A stretch of DNA of 32,000 nucleotides from an uncultured Candidatus Saccharibacteria bacterium (GTDB lineage: Bacteria > Patescibacteriota > UBA1384 > XYA2-FULL-43-10 > 1-14-0-10-43-13): assembly GCA_964543385.1 (NCBI GenBank), contig CAZIYE010000001.1, forward strand, positions 480,001 through 512,000. Direction: 5' to 3'. A program made the position numbers and the translations under genes. The notes under the pieces were generated by a model. It made no database searches and was not told the DNA's origin. It saw only the letters and a program-made list of their open reading frames with translations. How positions within the stretch are numbered: position 1 is the first letter of the stretch; each line of letters opens with the position of its first letter. Positions 23,011-32,000 of this stretch are shown here, one piece after another.

Positions 23011-24864
23011 TTATTGTCCTAATAATTGCTTTGGATCAGTGGTAATTATCTGATCTTCTGTATATGAAGCAACAGCCTTGAATGCAACATGATTTAATCC
23101 CGCAAAGAACAGTCCTTCCCCGACGTCGGACTCAAGAAGAAGGTATTTCTCTCCTTCGGTTAAATTAAAAGTTTCAGCTACGATATCTATTGATGCCGTT
23201 GATTGTTTCATAAGTATTTGCATTGATGAGTTGGCCACTACTGCTTTACCAAACCTACTGCCCAAGAAATCCTCAACATCTTGGCTTATTATTGTAAGGC
23301 CAAGATAATATTTTCTGGCTCTTTTTGCCAATCCATGAAGAAATTTTGCAGAATCCTCATATTGCATCATCCACCATGCTTCATCTACTATCATCAAGCG
23401 CTGCTTCATATTCATGCGGACTTTGGTCCAAATATAATCAAGAACGGTGTAGATTGCTATTGGTCTCAGCTGTTCTTCGAGATCCCTAACGGAGAAGACC
23501 ACAAAGCCGGGGTTTAATTCGAAATTCGTTGGCTGATTGTATAGATTTGCAAATGAACCCTCTACATATTTTGATAATCTTGCTCGAAGTGACCCAGTTC
23601 CTTCTAGATTAGATAAAATATTATAGAAATCTTGAAGGAGGGGAGGTTCATTTTTCTGACTTGCTGGATCGACAGTGATGTCTTTTATTGCGTATGTTTC
23701 ATAAAGAGCTTTGTCTATAATAGAATCTTCTTCAGGGCTGAGTCCGCCCGCCATCAAATTAATAAGTCCATGTAGGGAAGAAATATTTGAACGGAGAACA
23801 TCTTCTCCTGCCTCATTTGGATTGAGGGGTAGATCGAAAGGGTTGATTCTTTTGTCGGAGTTTAATGATATTTCCAGATAGCTGCCACCCACTGAATCGC
23901 AAAGAGTCTTATATTCATTCTCCGGGTCTATTACAATGACATCTGTCCCCAGCATCAAATATCGGAGCGCTTCTAGTTTCACAAAGTAAGATTTACCAGA
24001 ACCAGATTTTGCCAATACTATAGAATTAGCATTTTCCAATGAAAATCGGTCAAATATAATTAATGAGTTATTGTGTCGATTTATTCCGTACAATATCCCA
24101 TCATCCTGAGTCAATTCACTTGATGTAAAAGGAAATGTTGAAGATAGAGAAGCGGTATCGAGATTTCTAAGAACACTAATCCTATCAGACATGATCGGCA
24201 GCGTGGCAGTAAAGCCTTGCTCCATTTGGAATATTGATTGTTTTGTATAGATTAGCATTCCGCCAAGGGTTGATTCTACTTGGTCAGTTATCGTTTTTAG
24301 TTCCTCCTCTGATTTTGCGTACAGTGTGAAGTAGAGTCCAAACTGAAAAAGTCGAACCTCTCCTCTTTGAAGGACATCTCTTAATGATTCGACGTCGCCT
24401 AGCGCAGTTTCAAGCTCTGGATCCCTAGGTGAGCCTTTTTCTGCTTGAATTTGCATTGTGGATTCAAGTTTTCCTACCTGAGTTTTGAGCTCAGTCATCA
24501 CATCTTTAGATTCTAATGGGTGGATGTATAGCCCTATGTCCATTGTGATGTCATAGTTTATGATTGGAGATAGCCAGTTTGTTTCTAAAAATCGGGGGTA
24601 AGTAAAGACGAATAATGTTTTAGTAAATTGAGTGCCAACTTGGAGACTGTTTGGGCTCACAATAAATGAGGCTGGTGCAATAATATCTCCAATAGCCACA
24701 GTCCCTTTTCGGAACTGTTCTTGGAGTTTTTTGCTCTGATCCCAAAAACCGTTTTCCTTAAGCTTTTTTGATTCGACTTCCCGTTGCTGTAGGTTGGCCT
24801 GAGCCATTGATCTTGGGTCTGGTGTTTGATTTTGTCCTGCTAAAACAGGGTTATTATTGTCCAT
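23011..24864 (-). CDS. VirB4/TraC-family T4SS ATPase (start corrected from 24930 to 24864)
   Basis: Walker A VLAKSGSGKSYFVKLEALRYLMLGTDVIVIDPENEY; Walker B RLMIVDEAWWMM; LTIISQDVEDFLGS. Confidence 0.93.
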   Translation of the reverse strand: MDNNNPVLAGQNQTPDPRSMAQANLQQREVESKKLKENGFWDQSKKLQEQFRKGTVAIGDIIAPASFIVSPNSLQVGTQFTKTLFVFTYPRFLETNWLSPIINYDITMDIGLYIHPLESKDVMTELKTQVGKLESTMQIQAEKGSPRDPELETALGDVESLRDVLQRGEVRLFQFGLYFTLYAKSEEELKTITDQVESTLGGMLIYTKQSIFQMEQGFTATLPIMSDRISVLRNLDTASLSSTFPFTSSELTQDDGILYGINRHNNSLIIFDRFSLENANSIVLAKSGSGKSYFVKLEALRYLMLGTDVIVIDPENEYKTLCDSVGGSYLEISLNSDKRINPFDLPLNPNEAGEDVLRSNISSLHGLINLMAGGLSPEEDSIIDKALYETYAIKDITVDPASQKNEPPLLQDFYNILSNLEGTGSLRARLSKYVEGSFANLYNQPTNFELNPGFVVFSVRDLEEQLRPIAIYTVLDYIWTKVRMNMKQRLMIVDEAWWMMQYEDSAKFLHGLAKRARKYYLGLTIISQDVEDFLGSRFGKAVVANSSMQILMKQSTASIDIVAETFNLTEGEKYLLLESDVGEGLFFAGLNHVAFKAVASYTEDQIITTDPKQLLGQ

Positions 24865-25825
24865 TATTTTGTATGGTTGTATTAATTGGTTGAGCAGGGG
24901 CTGATTGTATAGGCATATTATTTGTATCAACAGCCGATGGTATCTGTTGGATTTGCTGTATCAATTGGTCAGTTGTATTTGATTGTATAGTATTGTTGCC
25001 AACGACTGGTTGTGTTCCTTGCGGGGTTTGTGCTGTCTTATCGGCTTCTTGGCGTCGTCGTGAGGCGATTTGCCTTTGTTGTTCCTCTACCATGTCAGCG
25101 TTATCAATTGATTCTTGAGAATCAACTTGTTCTACCGGTTGTTGTGTATTCTCAGAAATCTCATTCCTCGCAATTATTACTGGCGCTGACAATGTCTCCG
25201 CATCGCTAACCCTTTCCTTCGCCGACTCATCAGGATTATATATCTGGTAGAAGAGCTCTATTATTTGTTCAGTAGAAAGCTGGAAGCAATGTAAGCCCAT
25301 GCTAGCCAAGCCCGAGGCAACAATACTCGCTCTTTGCCCTAGTTGGTCAGTAGATGATTTGAACTCCGTATCAGTAACTTTGATATGGTCAAACGTTTGT
25401 GTCTTGGCAAACAGACTATCAAAGACATTTAATTTTTTTATATTAATTGGATCGTAGGGGACGACTAGATAAAAGGTCTTTTTCATAATATTGGCTATTG
25501 AGATCAGTTTTGACACAAAATCAACATAATCACCAATTTGCATTTTTATAAGTTCATTGATGCTTTTTTCAGAGGCCCTTTTTATTTTTTCAAGATAGGG
25601 ATTCAAGTCTAATCGTCTCGATCTAATAACAATTTCAACAGGGAAGTGTAGAGAATTAAGAAAACTCTGATATTGAAATATAAGTGAGTTTTGTTCTTGT
25701 TCACTTTTCAATGCAAAATTTACGGCAGATACTTCTAAAATCATGCGGTAACTACCATCTTTCAATATCATTATACCGTCTTTGATACCGGCTATAGGAA
25801 CAGATTGTTGGGTCGATAATGCCAT
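24854..25825 (-). CDS. VirB4/TraC N-terminal-domain-like protein encoded separately, with a Gln/Pro/Thr-rich tail
   Basis: GIKDGIMILKDGSYRMILEVSAVNFALKSEQEQNSLIFQYQSFLNSLHFPVEIVIRSRRLD matches the N-terminal VirB4/TraC pattern; overlaps the ATPase gene by 11 nt. Confidence 0.75.
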   Translation of the reverse strand: MALSTQQSVPIAGIKDGIMILKDGSYRMILEVSAVNFALKSEQEQNSLIFQYQSFLNSLHFPVEIVIRSRRLDLNPYLEKIKRASEKSINELIKMQIGDYVDFVSKLISIANIMKKTFYLVVPYDPINIKKLNVFDSLFAKTQTFDHIKVTDTEFKSSTDQLGQRASIVASGLASMGLHCFQLSTEQIIELFYQIYNPDESAKERVSDAETLSAPVIIARNEISENTQQPVEQVDSQESIDNADMVEEQQRQIASRRRQEADKTAQTPQGTQPVVGNNTIQSNTTDQLIQQIQQIPSAVDTNNMPIQSAPAQPINTTIQNNGQ

Positions 25826-25842
25826 ATATTAACTTTAAATAA

Positions 25843-26265
25843 TTATTTTCTAATTAGCGGGCTGTTGTCACCCGAGTCGGATTTTTTAGCCAGGATGTCT
25901 ATTTGTGATTGACTAATGTTCTTATGTTGGATTTTTTGTTCGTTACTTTTTTCAACATGATAAATTTCTATATTTAAATTACTACCTAGGCTTTGATGCC
26001 AGAACCTTCTCTTTGGTGTAGCGGCATATTCTATGGCAGAAATAAAGAAATCTAAAAATGGTCTCTCATTTACTTTGACGAAATCAAGACAAACAACAAA
26101 AAGTGCTATAGGGGCAATTAAAAAGTATGACGCCGGACGAGGCAAGCTCATATAGATGGCATAGCATGTGCCAAATCCAACTACCGCATAAACAAACTGG
26201 ATCATTGTTAATGGTCCTAAAATGCGATCCTGCATATCTATATTTTGTGGAACTTTAAATTGCAA
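25843..26265 (-). CDS. PrgI-family / VirB3-like membrane protein
   Basis: MQFKVPQNIDMQDRILGPLTMIQFVYAVVGFG, two TMs, directly upstream of the VirB4 genes. Confidence 0.8.
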   Translation of the reverse strand: MQFKVPQNIDMQDRILGPLTMIQFVYAVVGFGTCYAIYMSLPRPASYFLIAPIALFVVCLDFVKVNERPFLDFFISAIEYAATPKRRFWHQSLGSNLNIEIYHVEKSNEQKIQHKNISQSQIDILAKKSDSGDNSPLIRK

Positions 26266-26331
26266 TTAACCCCTCCAAAGATATTCTTCAATTCAATTTT
26301 ACCATTAAGATGAAAGACAATCAATCAAAGG

Positions 26332-27150
26332 TTATTCGGGCAATGGGATAATATAATCAGTCTTGTTTTGCATTGCTAAGTCTTCTTCTTCAAACCAATA
26401 AGCCGCAATTTGATCTATTAACTGTCCTTTTGACGGGTTATTTTTCGGATTTATTTTTCTGCACTTCATAACAGCATTACCAGCCGTAACCATTCTCTCA
26501 ACGATTGTCATAAGCATACCGGCAGTCTTCGTTTCGAGCATATCTTTTGGGTGTCCTGCCTTGGTTAGTGCCTCTATTGCCCTTCTCTTGGCATCGTTTG
26601 GTACTAGAATTAAGACTTTAAGATCAGCATGAGTATAGACAAGCTCACTGACCTCTGCTGCTACTTCTTCATATATCATATTCACATATCGACTACAGTA
26701 TGGCAATATTTCCAGAAATTCCTCCCAATACTCAGTCACCCTCATAATCTTTTTTGACTTCTCGAGCAGAATGATCCTTCCAATCGATTTGACGGTTTCT
26801 TCAAAATTATTTTCATCAACCTTAAAATCGATGTTATTTTTCTCACAAGTTTCGTTTAGTTTACCAATCACAATTTTCTTATCAGCTTTCTTAAGGACAT
26901 CAATATTCATTTTTGATGCAAGGTCGATGAATTTTATTCGCTGGTCTCCGATAGTAATATTTAAAACATCACAGTAAGATCCCTCGGCCAGAGAAGCAGA
27001 CATCATAATGGGGAACGATTCCTTTCTTATAAGATCTATATATTCGGCCTTTTTATTGCGCAGAAAAACCAGACTCTCACTAAAAGAACTGGTGTTAACG
27101 GCTGACAGGATAATATCATGTAATATTTTTTTTGCTTCCTCTTCTTGCAT
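26332..27150 (-). CDS. Hypothetical cytoplasmic protein of the T4SS-like cluster (272 aa)
   Basis: Full-length ORF with no TM, conserved position between the VirB6-like and PrgI-like genes; no recognised family. Confidence 0.8.
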   Translation of the reverse strand: MQEEEAKKILHDIILSAVNTSSFSESLVFLRNKKAEYIDLIRKESFPIMMSASLAEGSYCDVLNITIGDQRIKFIDLASKMNIDVLKKADKKIVIGKLNETCEKNNIDFKVDENNFEETVKSIGRIILLEKSKKIMRVTEYWEEFLEILPYCSRYVNMIYEEVAAEVSELVYTHADLKVLILVPNDAKRRAIEALTKAGHPKDMLETKTAGMLMTIVERMVTAGNAVMKCRKINPKNNPSKGQLIDQIAAYWFEEEDLAMQNKTDYIIPLPE

Positions 27151-27167
27151 TTTTTACCTTTTGAATA

Positions 27168-29753
27168 CTAAGTTGGCGCACCTGGCAATAATTGTGTTTC
27201 TACGGCATCGTTTAAATGGCGACGATCGGAATTCTTTGGATAAGTTTTATAATAATCCACCATTAGTGTTCTCAGAGTTTCAGTGTCACCATTTGTGACC
27301 GCTGTCTGAAATGCATCCCAAAGTGCTGCAGCGGTCTTCGAGTCTGTACGGTGATCTTTCTTTAGTTCTTCAACAAGCCATTTTTGACCGATAGATAAGA
27401 CATCGGATTCCGGCGCTTGGCTAAGAATTGCCTCGGTGGTCTTGGCGCTATCTGCTTCACTATTCAAGTGGTACCTCATCCCCTCGGCATTAGCATAAAT
27501 TCTACTCTCCTTATTTGAATCTTCAATTACCTCACCATTTCTTAGTCTTGATGTTAGCTCTTCGGTTAAGCCATCTTTTAGATCGGAGCCAAAGAAAATA
27601 CTAACCGTCTCTTCAGCACTTCGCTTGGCATAGTCATTTGCAGCTCGACTATTCGTTTTGGTCATAGCAATACCTTTGTTTCTGGTATATACAACTCTTT
27701 CCATTAGTCTGATATCATCGACTCTGCCATCTTTGTCTAAATGGACCATATCTCTGAGGTGTGAATCGATATAGCCTTTATCGGGATCATCTAATTGTTT
27801 ATTTAATTTATCAATCATCCTTTGCCTATTTGTTGTTGCCTTCTGTACTGCATGCGAAAATCTTTCGCTATCGAGAACTAATTGTTCGCCTTCTTGGAGA
27901 ATATTCTGTGATGCAAGGATATTGGAGACTCTGCGACTGGTTGACATTACATCGAGGACGGCTTTCCTTCGTTTCTCGGTCGCTGTAGCTTCCTCTTTTG
28001 TCATTTGATCTGTCTTTGTAATCTCTGCAAGGGCTCTGGCATGTTGTCTTTTCTCATCTGCCGTCAACTGGTCGAGCGCTTTCTTTCTTGACTGCAGGTA
28101 TTTGATGAGCTCTCTAACTTCTGCCGAGGAAGAATCTGATAATTTCTTGATCTCGTCTAGCATCATAACAGCCAATTGCCTTTCTTGAAGAGCGCTTCTT
28201 TCAAGAGCTGGTTTTACTGAAGCGTCGTTGAGCATTTTTTCCATACCGGCCTTTGACGATTCTTCGGCAGATCTTGCTCTGCGAAACAATTGCTGGAAAA
28301 GTTCTGCTTCTTTTGCGTCAGTACCAAGAAGCGCCAGATTTGATGCTTTTCTTTTGGCAAACTCTTCTTTGCTTTCATGATCCTTTTGACTTCCGCCGCC
28401 ACTTAGCCATAAATATTGACCATTTTGTCTTAAGGCGTTATCCATACTTGTAGCAGCCCCCATCCGACCCGCGGCCATACCAGAGCCGGCTCTCCATTTC
28501 TCGTATTGCTTCCACATCGGATTTTCAGGGTCAGTGATACCTAGTTTTTGCAGTGCTTCAAGTCCATAGGCTTCATATTCGCCGACTTCACCATTACGGT
28601 TTTTTATCCACTCAATTTCCATCGTGCGGCTAAGGCCCTTATCGAGGTTATACCTCCCCTGTATACCCTCGGTAATTCCCTTAGATAATCGCGATACATG
28701 TGCTTCGTCTGCTGCTAATTTGTCCCCACCACTTCCAATCCAATTTTTACCAAGCCATCTGACCCAACCAAACTTGCCCTCTCTTTGCATATTGAGTCCA
28801 AACTTCTTATATCTTTCCCAACCAAGACTGGCTGTGGCTTTAACTCGACGACCCCAATAGTCTTTGGCATTGTTTGCAAGGAATTTAGATCCGGTGTATG
28901 TCCAAAATTTATCCATAACTACGCCACCCATCTTGAATGGTATGGCAATGGCGGCATATAAACAAAGGCCAGCCAATAAGGCACTAACTATAGGTGACGG
29001 CAGCCATGAGGTTGCTACGATAGGATTCTCAACGAATATAGTCCCAAGCCATAGGAAAAAGATTGCTGGCACTGGCATGAATGTCCATTTTAAAAATTCA
29101 CTCCACCATTTACTAAAATATGGTTTTGTTTGAGGAAGAGCCAGTGTCATGAAAGCGACGGAAGAAACTATTGTCAAAAGATATATCATCCATGTTCGAA
29201 CAATAAATATAAAACTGAGTACGAGGGTAAGAGCACTTCCAACAAGCATAAATAATATTTTTACAACAACATCAAAGAACATCGAGTAAGTGAACTTTGC
29301 GAAATCTATAGATTCGCCCATCAATTTATCTCTAAAAGTATATTTATAAGTATCTCCCATGCCAGACGCTTGGCCTAGTAGGTTTGGGTCGGTAAATAAG
29401 GTGATAGACATATTGGCAAAGTCTATTACCAATTTACATATAAGATAACTAAATTGGGCAGCAATGATTGCAAGTAAAAGGGTAGGCAATATCTTTTTAA
29501 AACTGTAAGTGTCAATTTTTAAGTGCAGTATCTCAGCGAAAGCTACTACTACTACTACTAGGATGATAGGTATATTAATAATATTTAGAAATCCAGTATG
29601 TAGATTCTTAATATCATTATTACTTCTTAGTGTTTGTTGTATGGTCTCTGCATGGGCTTCTGAAGGCATCAAAATAATCACCATTAGAATTGTCAATAGA
29701 ATAGAGAAGGTGATGTATCTATTTAATTTTAATTTATTGTTAATTAGGTGCAT
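27168..29753 (-). CDS. VirB6/TrbL-like polytopic membrane protein with a long charged C-terminal domain (start corrected to 29753)
   Basis: Signal peptide ...MPSEAHAETI, several TMs (IIPIILVVVVVAFAEIL, VLSFIFIVRTWMIYLLTIVSSVAFMTLALP, WWSEFLKWTFMPVPAIFFLWLG), then ~500 charged, helical residues. Confidence 0.8.
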   Translation of the reverse strand: MHLINNKLKLNRYITFSILLTILMVIILMPSEAHAETIQQTLRSNNDIKNLHTGFLNIINIPIILVVVVVAFAEILHLKIDTYSFKKILPTLLLAIIAAQFSYLICKLVIDFANMSITLFTDPNLLGQASGMGDTYKYTFRDKLMGESIDFAKFTYSMFFDVVVKILFMLVGSALTLVLSFIFIVRTWMIYLLTIVSSVAFMTLALPQTKPYFSKWWSEFLKWTFMPVPAIFFLWLGTIFVENPIVATSWLPSPIVSALLAGLCLYAAIAIPFKMGGVVMDKFWTYTGSKFLANNAKDYWGRRVKATASLGWERYKKFGLNMQREGKFGWVRWLGKNWIGSGGDKLAADEAHVSRLSKGITEGIQGRYNLDKGLSRTMEIEWIKNRNGEVGEYEAYGLEALQKLGITDPENPMWKQYEKWRAGSGMAAGRMGAATSMDNALRQNGQYLWLSGGGSQKDHESKEEFAKRKASNLALLGTDAKEAELFQQLFRRARSAEESSKAGMEKMLNDASVKPALERSALQERQLAVMMLDEIKKLSDSSSAEVRELIKYLQSRKKALDQLTADEKRQHARALAEITKTDQMTKEEATATEKRRKAVLDVMSTSRRVSNILASQNILQEGEQLVLDSERFSHAVQKATTNRQRMIDKLNKQLDDPDKGYIDSHLRDMVHLDKDGRVDDIRLMERVVYTRNKGIAMTKTNSRAANDYAKRSAEETVSIFFGSDLKDGLTEELTSRLRNGEVIEDSNKESRIYANAEGMRYHLNSEADSAKTTEAILSQAPESDVLSIGQKWLVEELKKDHRTDSKTAAALWDAFQTAVTNGDTETLRTLMVDYYKTYPKNSDRRHLNDAVETQLLPGAPT

Positions 29754-31818
29754 ATTTAAATTCACATTTTGTTTCTTTAGCACCAATAGCATTATTAAAA
29801 AGACAGAAAGAGAACTTCCATATTGAAAATGCTAGATCATGGATAAACTTTAAAATATTACATAGTGCCCAAGCAAAAGGGTCCAGCCCTTTGCCAGTAA
29901 TAGATATTTTTGGACATGTTGAATCAAACCATGGGGATGATTTCAGTATGCCCAAAAATCTTAAAACAGCAATACCGAGTAAACCTGCCCCTACAAGGAC
30001 TTTTTTGATTGCTCCAGGTATCATCCCTATCCATTTTCCGACTATTTCGGCACCCTGAAATAGTCCATACAATGCTTTTCCTATCAACCCCTTGAAGCCT
30101 GGCTTTGCCATCAGATCAACAATTTTAACTCCGAGTGCTGTCCATAAAAGTTTCAATTTGTTTCCAGCTCCCGCAAAAAAGGTAATTTTACTTAGCAATC
30201 TTCCTATTGGACCAAGTGCTAATTTGCCAATCCAGCCGACTCCTTGCAATAATTTTCCTGCGGGTATTAATGAAATAGCCATCCATATCGATGCCTTTAC
30301 GATGTTTCCCGCATTCTTACTCTTTATTGCGTTATAAAGATCAATGCCAGAGATTACAATACCTGCCACATACAAGACCGCAACTGCTGCGGCCAATGGG
30401 GCGATGGCTTGTGCCCTTTGCGGTCTTAGCCCACCTATTACTGCCCCTTCTTCATTTATTCTTAGCTCGTCCATGCTATTAATTTTATCTTCAGGATCTT
30501 TGGATAGTTCATTTGCTACTTCATTTCCCATTTCGGGCCAAAAAGGAAGCTCCTGTAACTCCTCTTTGGTTTGTGGGTCATATGATGCAAGTTTCACTTG
30601 GTATTTATCTATTGCTTTAAGAGCTGACATCATCTCTGGTGCCATCAGTATCTCTTCTGAATATTTTGGCATCTCAAACCCTCTTTGATTGTCAATTTGT
30701 TCATCCATGTAGCTTATCAAGTCTGTCATCATGGTGAGATTAAAAAAAGCTTTTGCCGCTTCTTCTTTATTTTCGATCTTCTGACTATCAAGGTATCGTT
30801 TATATGCGACAACGCTATCAGAAAGTTCGGTAGCATCAGCATCATTAAACTTATTTGGGTATGAAATCTTATTGCTTTGATCAAGAGTAAAATTACCGTT
30901 GGCGGCTGCCTTGGCTAAATGATCCTGAATTTGTTTCCTAGTTTTACAATCATTTTTGCTGTTGCATTCAAGTTTCTTTAGCCAAAAGTCATTAAGACTA
31001 CCATTCTCATTGAGATAATTGTTCCAGAAACCATCCTTTTCAATCCCGTTCCATGTCTTCTCAACCACCTCAATTTCTCTGGTTATTGGCTCTTTGTACA
31101 AAACGAACTTATCATCTTTCTTTTGATAAACCTCTACAATCACTTTGTGTTTGCTTCCAGATTTATCTGCCACAGATTGAGCCAGAAAAGTGTCCCATGT
31201 ATAAATAAAGTTAAGTTGTTTCTTATCCTTATAATTGATAAATGAGTCCTTAAAACTAGTTCGTCCGTTAGATTCTTGTATTGAAATATTAATTTTATCT
31301 ATTGTTTCTTCCGAGCTATCTTTAATCCAGAAAGATACAGATATTGGCGTGGTTGCTCCAAGAGCTACTTTGTCAGCGGTTTGGAGCAAAATTGCAACAT
31401 CCGGCATCTCTGAATCGTCGGGCACATTCGGAACTACCACTTCAGCGTTACCTATATCGCTGTTCTCCGATGAATCATCTGTGGTTGTGGGGGAATCTGA
31501 TGAATCTGTTTCAGTGTTGTCAGTTTCATCGGCGTCCTCATTTACACTATCTTCCGTATCTAGTAGATCTTCTTCGGGAGTTAGCATTAGTTCTTCTTCT
31601 GCATTGGCTTTATTGATGAGATTTGATAGAGAAGCCTTTTTACTGCTGTTTTTAAAATTTTCAACCCCATCTGCCAAATATTTTAGGCGGTTGTTGACTC
31701 TCGCAATTTCCGCATTGAGATTATTTTGCTCTATTTCCTTGACCTGAATCAAGGGTTGAAACAGCAAAAAAACTAAGCTAAAAATTAAAGCCCAAGATAT
31801 TATGCTTCTGAGTTTCAT
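29740..31818 (-). CDS. T4SS-associated membrane protein: N-terminal TM, acidic Ser/Thr/Asp linker, Ig-like region, hydrophobic Gly-rich C-terminus
   Basis: ORF with RBS-like GAGAGGG before ATG at 31818; acidic stretch EEDLLDTEDSVNEDADETDNTETDSSDSPTTTDDSSENS; overlaps the VirB6-like gene by 14 nt. Confidence 0.8.
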   Translation of the reverse strand: MKLRSIISWALIFSLVFLLFQPLIQVKEIEQNNLNAEIARVNNRLKYLADGVENFKNSSKKASLSNLINKANAEEELMLTPEEDLLDTEDSVNEDADETDNTETDSSDSPTTTDDSSENSDIGNAEVVVPNVPDDSEMPDVAILLQTADKVALGATTPISVSFWIKDSSEETIDKINISIQESNGRTSFKDSFINYKDKKQLNFIYTWDTFLAQSVADKSGSKHKVIVEVYQKKDDKFVLYKEPITREIEVVEKTWNGIEKDGFWNNYLNENGSLNDFWLKKLECNSKNDCKTRKQIQDHLAKAAANGNFTLDQSNKISYPNKFNDADATELSDSVVAYKRYLDSQKIENKEEAAKAFFNLTMMTDLISYMDEQIDNQRGFEMPKYSEEILMAPEMMSALKAIDKYQVKLASYDPQTKEELQELPFWPEMGNEVANELSKDPEDKINSMDELRINEEGAVIGGLRPQRAQAIAPLAAAVAVLYVAGIVISGIDLYNAIKSKNAGNIVKASIWMAISLIPAGKLLQGVGWIGKLALGPIGRLLSKITFFAGAGNKLKLLWTALGVKIVDLMAKPGFKGLIGKALYGLFQGAEIVGKWIGMIPGAIKKVLVGAGLLGIAVLRFLGILKSSPWFDSTCPKISITGKGLDPFAWALCNILKFIHDLAFSIWKFSFCLFNNAIGAKETKCEFKYAPN

Positions 31819-31865
31819 TTCCCTCTCTTTGTTATAGTTGGCCCCACCAATTACTGTCTATATAA

Positions 31866-31895
31866 ATTATAAACGATTGAGGGGTAAAAAGTAAA
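31866..31895 (-). promoter_or_regulatory. Candidate promoter of the 21.6 kb T4SS-like cluster
   Basis: Minus strand TTTACT - 18 nt - TATAAT upstream of the first gene. Confidence 0.4.
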
Positions 31896-31941
31896 TGAAA
31901 ATTAAATAACAATCTTCAAAATAAAATGACTTAATCTATAC

Positions 31942-32000
31942 TCATTTTATTTTCTTCAATTCTTCTAAATAATCTTTTGTCGGCTGATATTCAGGGTCGA
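31942..32000 (-). CDS. 3' end of a truncated protein (...DPEYQPTKDYLEELKKIK*)
   Basis: Open frame from the window edge to TGA (TCA at 31942-31944). Confidence 0.4.
   Translation of the reverse strand, partial: DPEYQPTKDYLEELKKIK

Noticed and set aside
28214-31747. Multiple small plus-strand ORFs opposite the VirB6-like and 692-aa genes
   Set aside because: They mirror the opposite-strand codons (Ser/Leu-rich) and have no family signature.
10188-31818. Calling the cluster a conjugative element
   Set aside because: No relaxase, VirD4 coupling protein or att-like boundaries are visible in the window; this stays open only for sequence outside it.
1-32000. UGA recoding as in some CPR lineages (Gracilibacteria/SR1)
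   Set aside because: UGA ends recF in the expected place, and the proteins are full length under the standard bacterial code.
1-32000. CRISPR array, insertion sequence, phage or integrase signature
   Set aside because: No regularly spaced direct repeats, transposase/integrase motifs or phage structural genes were seen.

Overview
This 32 kb window looks like it comes from a Candidate Phyla Radiation / Patescibacteria-type genome (inference from gene content and protein style). It covers the chromosomal replication origin and a large type IV secretion (T4SS)-like locus beside it. Core block: yidC, yidD, rnpA and rpmH on the minus strand (rpmH is absent from the ORF track), a divergent dnaA, a probable oriC in the dnaA-dnaN gap, then dnaN, recF and a DciA/DUF721-like gene on the plus strand. 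Left side: five small VirB2/T4SS-pilin-like membrane protein genes (plus strand), a PilB/GspE ATPase (minus strand) and a tRNA-Ser(CGA) with encoded CCA. Right side: a 21.6 kb minus-strand gene cluster encoding a membrane protein with an acidic linker, a VirB6/TrbL-like protein, an unknown 272-aa protein, a PrgI-like protein, a VirB4/TraC N-terminal-like protein, a VirB4 ATPase, a transglycosylase-like + MepA-like murein hydrolase, a PEGA/beta-propeller lipoprotein-like or membrane protein, an Ig-like + degenerate LytM/M23 membrane protein, and a secreted ~2806-aa giant protein containing about a dozen copies of a degenerate G-x3-[IA]-E-x2-L motif. No relaxase, VirD4, transposase or CRISPR was seen. 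The most interesting items are the giant repeat protein, the apparently non-catalytic LytM domain next to it, the paralogous pilin array, and a possible DnaA-trio/basal unwinding element at oriC.
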